From Halothiobacillus sp. 35-54-62 (GTDB lineage Bacteria > Pseudomonadota > Gammaproteobacteria > Halothiobacillales > Halothiobacillaceae): a stretch of DNA of 64,000 bases. Below are positions 43,043 through 51,409 of this stretch, in pieces. The position numbers were made by a program, and so were the translations under genes. Location: the NCBI GenBank assembly GCA_002281295.1, contig NCFS01000003.1, positions 7,577 through 71,576 of the forward strand. The letters are read 5' to 3'. Under the pieces are notes generated by a model that saw only the letters and a program-made list of their open reading frames with translations, did not search any database and was not told the DNA's origin. Each line of letters begins with the position of its first letter. Within the stretch, counting starts at the first letter, position 1.

Positions 43043-45309
43043 AGGCCAAGCTCTGTTTTGCGTTTGGCACTCAGCCCCCGATGCAGCGCAAAAAATAACC
43101 CAAACAACGTCAAAAACCCAAGATTCATGCCGCCGCCGCCACTTGAGGTTGGGGTGGTAACTTGAAAGCTTGTGGTTGCTTGCTGGCCGTAGGTATCGCT
43201 AACCGTGAGATTAACGGTCGAAGTGCCGCCCGCCGTGGCAAATAATTGTAGGGTACAAGTGCCCGGCCCTGTGCACGTGGTTTGGCCGGTAATGCCGGTG
43301 TTGGGGAGCACCGCGGTGTTGCTGCTGGTGGCGTTAAGGCTTAAGGCATCAAGGCCGCTGATTGGTACGGGCACGCTTTGGCTGACGCCTGCGGTTAAGT
43401 TGATGTTCGCGATTGGTGCAATGCTTAAATTGATTTTAGCTAATGCGTTCATGGCATTAACCACCCGGCCCGATGTGGTTTTACCCGTCAGCGTGGGGGC
43501 GGGGGTGCCGCTGGTTTCAATCGCTTGGATAATTTGATCTGGCGTGGCGGTGGGTTTCGATGCGATCAGCAAGGCGGCAATACCGGACACAATCGGGGTG
43601 GCCATTGAGGTGCCATCCAAAAGCCCCATCGCGTTTGTATTTTGCGCCACGGTATCTAGGGTGAGAAGGGCGGCTAAAGCGCCTTTGCCGCCACCATTAT
43701 TGCCACTTAAAATTTGGAACCCTACGGAGCAACTGCCGCTGGTGCAGGCCGCGTCTAGGGGGATCGATGCGGCTGGCGGGGTTAATGTGCCGCTTAGGTG
43801 CTGAAGATTTATACCGCCTGCGCTAAATGGGTCTTGGTTATTGGCAATAACAGACGTATTAAAAAAATCTCCGCTGGTGATTGCACCTGTTAATAAAAAA
43901 CTTAATGAAGCAAGCTGTGGCGCTGGGCTAAAAGTAAAATTAGCCCAAGTTCGATCATCGGTATTGGCCGCATAGGTGCCTGTTCCATAATTGGTTGGGT
44001 TGGCCGTTGCGGGTACGTTGATTTTTGTGCCATCGCTGGCCGTGAGTGCAACACTGCCAAATCCCCAGCCTGTGCTGGTAGTTGATGTTCTATTCCAATT
44101 GGAAAAATCGGTAGTTTGGCTCGCGCCGGCCACCGTGCTTAATATATTGGTGCCCGGTGCGCCCACATCGACACTGGTGGCACCATAGTTGGAAAAACTG
44201 GCAAGCTCAAAGGCTTGATCGACCGCCGCCACGCAAATGAGGTTGCTTTGGGTGAAATTGCAGGGATACGTTGGGGTTTGATCATTATCTACACCGTTCC
44301 CAGCCGCATCGCCATTACCGGCGGCCACAACAACGATGACCTCTTTGCTTTGCGCGTAGGTGATGGCATCAGAGAACGCAGGGTCTAGCGTACCGCCACC
44401 ACCCAAACTCAAATTAATGACTTTGGCGCCATGATCGACCGCGAAGAAAATGCCTTTCGTAACCGTGTCGGTGAAGCCGCCCGCTGAGCTCAATGACCGA
44501 ATCGCCATGAGGCTGGCTTTTTGGCATACGCCTGAGCCTTCAATGCCATTATTACCCTGCGCGCCGATAATGCCGGCCACATGCGTGCCGTGTTGCTCAT
44601 CGCCTGTGCGGGGGTAGGGATTGTTGTCGTTATCGACAAAATCGTAGCCATGATTGGGATACGCGCTCCCCCCATTCCACATATTGGCGGCTAAATCTTG
44701 CTGGGTGTAATTGATGCCTTCATCCACCACGGCGACGATGACCGATGAGCAATCGGATTGATGCTTCCATGCGGCTTCTACCCCGATATCATCACCCGCG
44801 ATGCCGGGGTTATTGCGGGTGTAACCGGCATTGCTGATGGTTTGGTGGCTATTTTGCAGCGCCCATTGTTGGCCGATTTGTGGATCGTTGGTGAGCGCGG
44901 TTGCGTGGTAGATGTAGTTGGGTTGCACGGCGGCAACCCCTGGCAGCGCGCGCAAACGGGCCATGGCCGCATCGATGGATTCAAAACCGGGTTTAAGTTC
45001 AACAAGGCTATAACCACTGTGACCAATGGCCGTGACGCGGCTGGCCAGCGTGGCAATGGCCGGTTGAATGCTTTGTGCCGATAACGCGGTGTTGTAGCGA
45101 ATTAATACTTGCCCCGGGGCGGCTTGCGCGGGGGGTAAGGCATTGGCCGCGCCCAACTGGCTTGCACGCAGGCTTGTCGCGTTTGCTGGGGTGAGAGAAA
45201 AAGCCGATGGGTCTACCTTAAGGCTTTGGGCGTAGCCTAGGAGGGGGAAGCCCGTGGTGGCGAGCACTAAGGCTAAGGCGGTGCGTTTTTTTGTGGCGGA
45301 TTGCATCAT
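43039..45309 (-). CDS. Secreted S8 (subtilisin-like) serine peptidase with GlyGly-CTERM-like sorting tail
   Basis: The catalytic triad motifs are VAVVDEGINY (Asp), HGTHVAGIIGA (His) and GTSMATPIVSGIAALL (Ser). There is a signal peptide and a C-terminus SSGGGGMNLGFLTLFGLFFALHRGLSAKRK. Confidence 0.9.
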   Translation of the reverse strand: MMQSATKKRTALALVLATTGFPLLGYAQSLKVDPSAFSLTPANATSLRASQLGAANALPPAQAAPGQVLIRYNTALSAQSIQPAIATLASRVTAIGHSGYSLVELKPGFESIDAAMARLRALPGVAAVQPNYIYHATALTNDPQIGQQWALQNSHQTISNAGYTRNNPGIAGDDIGVEAAWKHQSDCSSVIVAVVDEGINYTQQDLAANMWNGGSAYPNHGYDFVDNDNNPYPRTGDEQHGTHVAGIIGAQGNNGIEGSGVCQKASLMAIRSLSSAGGFTDTVTKGIFFAVDHGAKVINLSLGGGGTLDPAFSDAITYAQSKEVIVVVAAGNGDAAGNGVDNDQTPTYPCNFTQSNLICVAAVDQAFELASFSNYGATSVDVGAPGTNILSTVAGASQTTDFSNWNRTSTTSTGWGFGSVALTASDGTKINVPATANPTNYGTGTYAANTDDRTWANFTFSPAPQLASLSFLLTGAITSGDFFNTSVIANNQDPFSAGGINLQHLSGTLTPPAASIPLDAACTSGSCSVGFQILSGNNGGGKGALAALLTLDTVAQNTNAMGLLDGTSMATPIVSGIAALLIASKPTATPDQIIQAIETSGTPAPTLTGKTTSGRVVNAMNALAKINLSIAPIANINLTAGVSQSVPVPISGLDALSLNATSSNTAVLPNTGITGQTTCTGPGTCTLQLFATAGGTSTVNLTVSDTYGQQATTSFQVTTPTSSGGGGMNLGFLTLFGLFFALHRGLSAKRKTELGL

Positions 45310-45505
45310 GGAGTTGGCTGTCTCATCGGATGAATTTAATTTGCCCGAAAAAATACCACAGGAACGTTACCTAAAAGTTTCATTTGAGGCGCAAAGATAA
45401 TGCGACGTTGGCTGCGGCTGGGTTAGCGCAATTTTCCCCGCCATGGCGCAGGGTGATGGGTTCGCGGTTTAGGGCGCCTTAGGGTGGGGTTGCCATAAAG
45501 GCAGC

Positions 45506-46390
45506 TTAATGGGCATTTTTGTCGCTAAGATGCTGTTTTAAATAGCCAACTATTTCATCAATATGGAGTTCTATTTCTTCGCTGGCATCATGCTCGCCGG
45601 GTAAAATTCTTAAAATAACCTGATGATGCGGGCGGCGATCAAACAGGGCTTGGGCATCTTCGGGCGGCACGGTGGTGTCTTCACTGCCGTGCATGAGCAA
45701 AATAGGGCAGCGGATGGTTTGGATGGTGTTGATGGGGGCAATGGAATCAAAACGGATGCCAATTACCCATTGCACATAGTTGAGCACATACCAGCCGAGC
45801 GGGAAAAACGGCAGGCCTTTTTCTGCCAGCCAGCGGCGCATCATGCCATCGGGGTGGGCAAACGCGGCGAGGCTCACCACGGCAGAAATATCCGCGCGGC
45901 GCGAGGCGGCAAGCAAGGTGGCGGCGGCACCGACTGAATGCCCGATCAGCGCGATGGGTTCGTGCATAAGTGCAGGCTGGGTTTTAAGCCAATCGAGTGT
46001 GGCATCAATATCTTCGGCAAAGCGCGGCATGGATGAAAATGTGTCGCTATCGCTGCTGCCGTGGTTGCGGGCATCGAACAATACCACGGTGAATCCCGCC
46101 GATTGCAGCGGTTGCGCCAAAGGCAGCATGAGTTCCCGATTGGCCCCCCAGCCGTGGGTGATGACCACGAGGCCCTGGTTGGGCAGGCCGGGGAGCAGCC
46201 AACCATCGAGCATCCGCCCGCGTTGGGTGGGGATGCGAATATCTTCACCGATCAGCCCCCGCTGGGCGAGCGATTTTAAAATGGGTTCGCGCGGTGCCGT
46301 TAAGCTTTGACGCAAGCGGCGATTAAGCAGCAGTAGCAGCACAATAATTACGGCGAGGCTGATGAGCACAAAAATTAAAAAAGTGAGCAC
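45506..46390 (-). CDS. Membrane-anchored alpha/beta hydrolase
   Basis: An N-terminal TM (MLTFLIFVLISLAVIIVLLLLL) is followed by HGWGANRE, the nucleophile elbow GHSVGA, and C-terminal Asp/His regions (HGSEDTTV, PGEHD). It lies 6 nt downstream of the histidine kinase gene. Confidence 0.75.
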   Translation of the reverse strand: MLTFLIFVLISLAVIIVLLLLLNRRLRQSLTAPREPILKSLAQRGLIGEDIRIPTQRGRMLDGWLLPGLPNQGLVVITHGWGANRELMLPLAQPLQSAGFTVVLFDARNHGSSDSDTFSSMPRFAEDIDATLDWLKTQPALMHEPIALIGHSVGAAATLLAASRRADISAVVSLAAFAHPDGMMRRWLAEKGLPFFPLGWYVLNYVQWVIGIRFDSIAPINTIQTIRCPILLMHGSEDTTVPPEDAQALFDRRPHHQVILRILPGEHDASEEIELHIDEIVGYLKQHLSDKNAH

Positions 46391-46396
46391 AAAAAA

Positions 46397-47926
46397 TTAA
46401 CCCGTGGCGTGTGGCGTGGTTTTAGGCAGGCTGATTTGCACCCGTGTGCCGCCGCCTTCACGCGGTAAAATTAAAATATCGCCCCCCATGCCGCGCACGA
46501 TGGCTCTTGCAATGGCCAACCCCAATCCACTGCCGCCCGTATGCCGCGCGCGGGAGGATTCCAAGCGAACATAGGGCTCAAAAACCCGCTCTCGGTCGGC
46601 TTCGCTAATGCCAGGGCCCCGATCTTCAATCGATAACGTTAAGTGGTCGCGCGATTCGCTTAAATATAAATCAATGTGGCCATTGCCATACCGCCGCGCA
46701 TTTTCAAGGATATTTTGCAGGGCGCGTTGCAGGGCTTGTGGGCGGGTTTTAATGGGCTGCTCGGCCTGGCCGTGGCGCTCTATGTGGGCACCGAGCAGGG
46801 TCATGTCTTCACAGAGAATATCCAGCAAGGCGTTAAGATCAAAAGCTACCATCGGCTCAGAGGGCGTGCCCGCCCGCAAAAAGGCGAGCGTATGGCCGAT
46901 CATGTCATCCATTTCGGTTAAATCGGCTTCGATTTTTTGTTTGAGCGCATAGTCAGGTAAATGGGCGATACGCAGGCGCAGACGGGTAATTGGCAGGCGC
47001 AAATCGTGCGAAACCCCGGCCAGTGCTTGGCCACGGGCTTCGATCATGCGTTTAATATCGCTTTGCATGCGATTAAACGCGCGCGCGGCACGGGCGACTT
47101 CACGCGGGCCATGCTCATCGAGCGGGGCTTGATCGAGATGCTTGGGCAGACGGGTCGCTGCAATGGCTAAGGCATCAAGCGGGCGGGTGAGTCGGCGAAC
47201 CACAAAACCAATGCCGACAATCACCAAAACGCCCAGCAATAAAAGCCAGCCCATGGTTCTAAATGGCCATTTAATGGGTGGGGGTAGGGCATGGCGCAGG
47301 GTAAGCACGCTGCCATCATCTAGCCGTGCTTGAATGAGTAAAAATCGCTCCTCGTGCGGCGCGGGCAGGGGTTTTATTTGCCAAGGATGGGTGCGCGCCC
47401 ACAAGGGTGAGGGGAGCTCCAGTTTTTCGCTGGCTAGGGTGTCGAGTTCAAATGGGCGCCGAGGATAATCTTCCCACTGCACGGCAAACACTTGCAGGGG
47501 AATGGGGGTGACTAGGGCTTTGCGTAGCCGCGCGGCGAATATTTCGCTGGCTTGGTTGATGCGATCCGTTTGAGGGTGTTGTTCAGGTTCGCGCCAGGCT
47601 TGCCGTGACAGTAGCCGGGTGGGGGGCGCGCTCAACCAGCGTGCCAGTTGGCGTCGCTCCTGGGGGGTGGCTTCATTTTGAATTTGGATAATTTGAGCGA
47701 TGCGTTGCACGGCATAATCGCCCAGCAGGCGCTCGCCTAAGCGCGCCCGATCGGTGAGTAGCAGGCTTAAACTTAACGTAAAGGCCGCCACAATACCCAA
47801 AATTAAGGCCAGTAAAATTTGGCCAAATAGGCTTTTTGGTAAAATATTCAGCGGGCTTTGGGTTGATCTGCCCACGGGGCGAATGCGGCTTGGCTTAGGC
47901 GATTGGCTGGGGGCTGTGGTGCGCAA
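46397..47926 (-). CDS. Sensor histidine kinase (EnvZ/CpxA-type: 2 TM, HAMP, HisKA, HATPase)
   Basis: The H-box is GVSHDLRLPITRLRL, the N-box NILENARRY, and the G-boxes DRGPGI and GGSGLGLAI. A large periplasmic segment lies between the two TM helices. Confidence 0.85.
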   Translation of the reverse strand: MRTTAPSQSPKPSRIRPVGRSTQSPLNILPKSLFGQILLALILGIVAAFTLSLSLLLTDRARLGERLLGDYAVQRIAQIIQIQNEATPQERRQLARWLSAPPTRLLSRQAWREPEQHPQTDRINQASEIFAARLRKALVTPIPLQVFAVQWEDYPRRPFELDTLASEKLELPSPLWARTHPWQIKPLPAPHEERFLLIQARLDDGSVLTLRHALPPPIKWPFRTMGWLLLLGVLVIVGIGFVVRRLTRPLDALAIAATRLPKHLDQAPLDEHGPREVARAARAFNRMQSDIKRMIEARGQALAGVSHDLRLPITRLRLRIAHLPDYALKQKIEADLTEMDDMIGHTLAFLRAGTPSEPMVAFDLNALLDILCEDMTLLGAHIERHGQAEQPIKTRPQALQRALQNILENARRYGNGHIDLYLSESRDHLTLSIEDRGPGISEADRERVFEPYVRLESSRARHTGGSGLGLAIARAIVRGMGGDILILPREGGGTRVQISLPKTTPHATG

Positions 47927-47931
47927 TCGGT

Positions 47932-48660
47932 TTATCCTGGGCGACCGGCCAGCGCGGGGCTTGGGGTTGATTGGGTCACGATCAGCATATACCCTTCATT
48001 GCGAATGGTTTTAATGAGGGTGGGCTCGCGGGCATCGTCTCCTAAGCGGCGGCGCAAGCGGCTCATCATCACATCAATGGTGCGGTCGAGCGGATCGGCA
48101 TCACGCCCGGCTAAGGCATCCATCAGCTGATCGCGAGATAACACATGGTTCGGATGTTCTGCTAAGGCTTTGAGCAAACGAAATTCACCGGTTGAAAGCG
48201 GGGTGACTACCTGATCGGCACCCACGAGGTGGCGCGCGGCTAAATCGAGTGTCCAGCCGCCGAAATACAAATTTCGTACCGTGCTGCTTTGCCCCTGCTG
48301 CTCGACCCTGCGAAAAATACTACGGATGCGCGCCAGCAATTCCCGGGGGTGAAATGGTTTAGGCAAATAATCATCGGCGCCCATTTCTAAGCCAATAATT
48401 CGATCCATCTCATCGCCCCGCGCCGTGAGCATTAAGATGGGGGTGCTCATACGGGCGCGAACGTTACGACACAGCGTTAAGCCATCATCGCCGGGCAGCA
48501 TCACATCTAAAATAATAAGATCAATCGGCGTGTCGGCTAAACGCGCCCACAAATCGCCGCCTTCGGCCGCTTCGATCACAAGATAACCTTGCTCACTTAA
48601 ATACGTGTGCAAAAGGGCGCGTAAATCAGGGTCATCATCGACAACCAATAAGGTTTTCAT
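47932..48660 (-). CDS. OmpR-family response regulator
   Basis: MKTLLVVDDDPDLRALLHTYLSEQGY...LDVMLPGDDGLTLCR...ADDYLPKPFHPRELLARIRSIFRR is closely collinear with OmpR. A winged-helix C-terminus is present. Confidence 0.9.
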   Translation of the reverse strand: MKTLLVVDDDPDLRALLHTYLSEQGYLVIEAAEGGDLWARLADTPIDLIILDVMLPGDDGLTLCRNVRARMSTPILMLTARGDEMDRIIGLEMGADDYLPKPFHPRELLARIRSIFRRVEQQGQSSTVRNLYFGGWTLDLAARHLVGADQVVTPLSTGEFRLLKALAEHPNHVLSRDQLMDALAGRDADPLDRTIDVMMSRLRRRLGDDAREPTLIKTIRNEGYMLIVTQSTPSPALAGRPG

Positions 48661-48860
48661 GCGGGCGGATCCTCAAGCTCAATCAATTAACCCTTATCTT
48701 AGCCGAGTGGCGGCAGAGAACCGTGACTTAACTTTGGTAAATCACAAAATACCCACATGCGGTTTACATAAGGCGGGCAAATTGCAATGCCGTGTTTACG
48801 ATCGATTGTTTTAATGCAAGCCGTACTGAGATGTTTCTAGTTTTTATTGAGAGGTTTAGC

Positions 48861-49436
48861 ATGAACAATCATCCATCTTCGAATGTGTTGTCGCCAATGG
48901 CCGATCGGCCGCAAATGCACCGCATTACCTTAATTGCCATGGGCGTAATTGCCCTATTTGCCGTGGGTATGAATATCAGCCGAGCGGACACCCCCATCGC
49001 GCCACCTGGTGTGACCGCACAGCCCAGCACGGCCCCCGGCATGCAGCACCGTATGAATTCAGAGAAAATGGCCAAAATGCGCGAACGCCGCAAGGCGCAT
49101 GTGGAGCAAGAGCTGGATACCATGTCTAATCGGCTGGAAATTACGGCCAGTGAACAGCCCGTGTGGGATCAATACAAAGCCGCGCGATTGGGGCTGTTGC
49201 CCGATAAAATGCCCGGCATGAAGCCTTCTATGAACGCAGCCGACAGGGCGCAAATGCGGGCTGAACGCGCGGAGCAAATGGCTAAAAAAATGGCGGTGCT
49301 GAGCACGGCAACCACCCAATTGCGTGCCGCACTGGCACCTAACCAACAGCAAGTGCTGGATGAAATGGCGCAGCACTGGCGCGGAAAAATGTCGCATCAT
49401 CGGCCGGGTGACGAGCGCGGATTCAAGCATTCTTGA
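48861..49436 (+). CDS. Periplasmic Spy/CpxP-family-like protein
   Basis: The ATG at 48861 follows GAGAGG. The product has one N-terminal hydrophobic segment and is helical and rich in Q/R/M/A/K, with LTxxQ-like elements (ITASEQPVWDQY, LAPNQQQVLDEM). It is transcribed divergently from the two-component operon, as cpxP is from cpxRA. Confidence 0.5.
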   Translation: MNNHPSSNVLSPMADRPQMHRITLIAMGVIALFAVGMNISRADTPIAPPGVTAQPSTAPGMQHRMNSEKMAKMRERRKAHVEQELDTMSNRLEITASEQPVWDQYKAARLGLLPDKMPGMKPSMNAADRAQMRAERAEQMAKKMAVLSTATTQLRAALAPNQQQVLDEMAQHWRGKMSHHRPGDERGFKHS

Positions 49437-49457
49437 TGCACTGACGCCTCCCACCCA

Positions 49458-49489
49458 ACCCGCCCACCGTGGCGGGTTTTTTGTTTTTT
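49458..49489 (+). terminator. Rho-independent terminator
   Basis: A 7-bp stem (ACCCGCC / GGCGGGT) with a 6-nt loop is followed by TTTTTTGTTTTTT. Confidence 0.65.
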
Positions 49490-49527
49490 CAGCCGACTGA
49501 CAAGCCGAAACTAAATATCTAGTATTC

Positions 49528-49653
49528 TATTGATTTGGAATGAATAATCCATGAAACCGTAGGGTGCGCCATGCGCACCGATGGGCTCAATGGCGCGCAT
49601 GGCGCACCCTGTGACTTAGCGGGCAATCACGGATAAAACTGACGGGATCAATA
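49528..49653. repeat. Family A repeat, full copy (126 bp)
   Basis: TATTGATTTGGAATGAATAATCCATGAAACCGTAGGGTGCGCCATGCGCACC...GGCGCGCATGGCGCACCCTGTGACTTAGCGGGCAATCACGGATAAAACTGACGGGATCAATA has the same architecture as 11288-11412. Confidence 0.7.
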
Positions 49654-49946
49654 GTTATGAAATAGGCTCTTTGGCTCGCGCCTCACGCAAACTCTGTGGT
49701 AAGGTTTTTTAATAGTCGGCAAAACCATTGGCTGGCGGCGCTATGTGCTAGAAGATGTGAAATCACCGCGTTACCTCGCGGGTGTTTCTTAATTCAGGCT
49801 AAGTTGCACGCTTTGCTGGATGGGTTAATTCCCATCCGCGTGCTTTACCTTGAAGCGTTTAAAACTCAATTCACCCTGAACGATCAAGTGTGGTTGCTGA
49901 GAATCGCGCACGGGTTTTGAGCTAATTATGGCAAATTGGCTCATCC

Positions 49947-50192
49947 TTGCTGATGTTCATAAATTGCGCTAAGTCATTGTTGGAGCTGAAAAACTCAATC
50001 CGGCTGTTCAAACGTTGTGGTTTAACAAATGCCGAATTAACGCGTGCCAGCCTAGTTTTAGTGGGCAGGCGCTTGGGGGTGCCTGAGTTGGCCGTGCCGC
50101 GTCGTCTTGAAAAAGTCGCCGCCATCCCGCGACTGGGTTCGGGGAAAACCGATTATCAAACCTTAAAACGATGGACGCAGGAGGTCGAATGA
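49947..50192 (+). pseudogene. aas: 3'-terminal remnant of aas (2-acylglycerophosphoethanolamine acyltransferase / acyl-ACP synthetase)
   Basis: Only the last 55 or so codons are recognisable: [50 protein letters not shown], compared with the E. coli Aas C-terminus [50 protein letters not shown]. The stop overlaps the lplT ATG (ATGA). No acyltransferase or AMP-binding domains lie upstream. Confidence 0.55.
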
Positions 50193-51409
50193 ATCCCATT
50201 TCTAACGTAAGCGATCATCGTCTGGGATCCGCCGGCATGGTTGCCTTGTTGACCGCCCAGTTTTTATCGGCAATGGCCGATAACCTGCTTTTTGTGGCCG
50301 CCATCGCGTTGCTTAAAGGCGCGAGTGGCGATGATGCGTTGCTGCCGGTGCTGCAAGTGGTTTTTGTTTTTGCATTCATTGTATTGGCGCCGTTTGTAGG
50401 ACCGCTTGCTGATGGATTCTCCAAAGGGCGGGTTATGTTTTATGCCAATTTCATCAAATTAGCCGGTGCGGGTTTGATTTTATCCGGCGGCAACCCACTT
50501 TGGGGTTACGCCATTGCAGGCATCGGCGCGGCTATTTATTCGCCCGCAAAATACGGAATTCTTACCCAGTTAGTGCATCCGGATAAATTAGTTAAAGCCA
50601 ATGGTTTGCTTGAAGGATCCACCATTGTTGCCATATTGCTGGGCGTTTTAAGCGGTGGGTATTTAGCTGATCTATCCATCTCCCTCGCCGTTGGCGTTGC
50701 CGCAGGTTTGTATCTATTGGCTGCCGCGGCCAATTTAGTCATTCCCCGCTTGCCACGCATACACGCGTTATCGGTACACGAGTTTCGCCACCTGCCACGT
50801 ATTTTTGGACACAACGTAGCCACACTCTGGCGAACGCCGGATGCGCGGTTCTCCATTTTAGGCACCAGTGTTTTTTGGGGCATGGGCTCAACCTTGCGAT
50901 TGCTCATGTTCGCCTGGGTGCCGGTCGCGCTTGGGTTGCTTGATAATCAGGCGCCTGCCAATTTAATGGGCGTTGTATCCATCGGCATTATTGTGGGCGC
51001 GGCCTTTGCTGCTTTTACCGTAAAACTTGAACGCGTTAACACGGCTTTGTGGGGCGGCTTGGCATTGGGGCCGCTCGTGTTAATGCTCGCCCCATTGCAT
51101 CATCTTGAGCTGGCCGCTGCTGTGTTATTTGGCTTGGGTATGGCGGGCGGTTTTTTTGTTGTGCCGTTAAATGCGCTGTTGCAAGAGCGCGGCACAGAAA
51201 CCATCGGGGCAGGGCGCACGTTAGCCGTACAAAATTTATTTGAAAATACCGCCATGCTGCTCATGGCAGGCGTTTATTTTGGTTTAACCGCTTTGGGTTT
51301 TTCTGCCGTTACGGTTGCCTATGGATTTGGCGTTTTGGTGCTGATAGCCATCTTGCTCATAGGGGTAAATCGCCTGCGGGCACAGCCCCTTACCCCAAGG
51401 AACCTCTGA
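50189..51409 (+). CDS. lplT: Lysophospholipid transporter LplT (MFS)
   Basis: The ATG at 50189 follows AGGAGG. The product (...GMVALLTAQFLSAMADNLLFVAAIALLK...PFVGPLADGFSKGRVMFYAN...GAAIYSPAKYGILTQL...KLVKANGLLEGSTI) is collinear with E. coli LplT. Confidence 0.85.
   Translation: MNPISNVSDHRLGSAGMVALLTAQFLSAMADNLLFVAAIALLKGASGDDALLPVLQVVFVFAFIVLAPFVGPLADGFSKGRVMFYANFIKLAGAGLILSGGNPLWGYAIAGIGAAIYSPAKYGILTQLVHPDKLVKANGLLEGSTIVAILLGVLSGGYLADLSISLAVGVAAGLYLLAAAANLVIPRLPRIHALSVHEFRHLPRIFGHNVATLWRTPDARFSILGTSVFWGMGSTLRLLMFAWVPVALGLLDNQAPANLMGVVSIGIIVGAAFAAFTVKLERVNTALWGGLALGPLVLMLAPLHHLELAAAVLFGLGMAGGFFVVPLNALLQERGTETIGAGRTLAVQNLFENTAMLLMAGVYFGLTALGFSAVTVAYGFGVLVLIAILLIGVNRLRAQPLTPRNL

Noticed and set aside
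45780-46310. 176-aa ORF antisense to the alpha/beta hydrolase gene, and similar ORFs antisense to the histidine kinase (46608-47333)
   Set aside because: They are embedded in better-supported genes with clear catalytic motifs. The translated sequences are Arg/Ser/Ala-rich without recognisable domains.
48737-48799. GTAAA pentamers (48737-48741 plus strand; 48763-48767 and 48795-48799 minus strand) as CpxR boxes in the divergent promoter region
   Set aside because: They do not form the GTAAA-N5-GTAAA tandem expected for CpxR, and the regulator looks at least as OmpR-like as CpxR-like. Isolated pentamers are expected by chance.
49696-49920. 74-aa ORF upstream of the aas remnant as a further piece of aas or a separate gene
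   Set aside because: The translation (..ITALPRGCFLIQAKLHALLDGLIPIRVLYLEAF..) shows no convincing collinearity with Aas or any family I recognise in any of the three frames. It is probably decayed or non-coding DNA.
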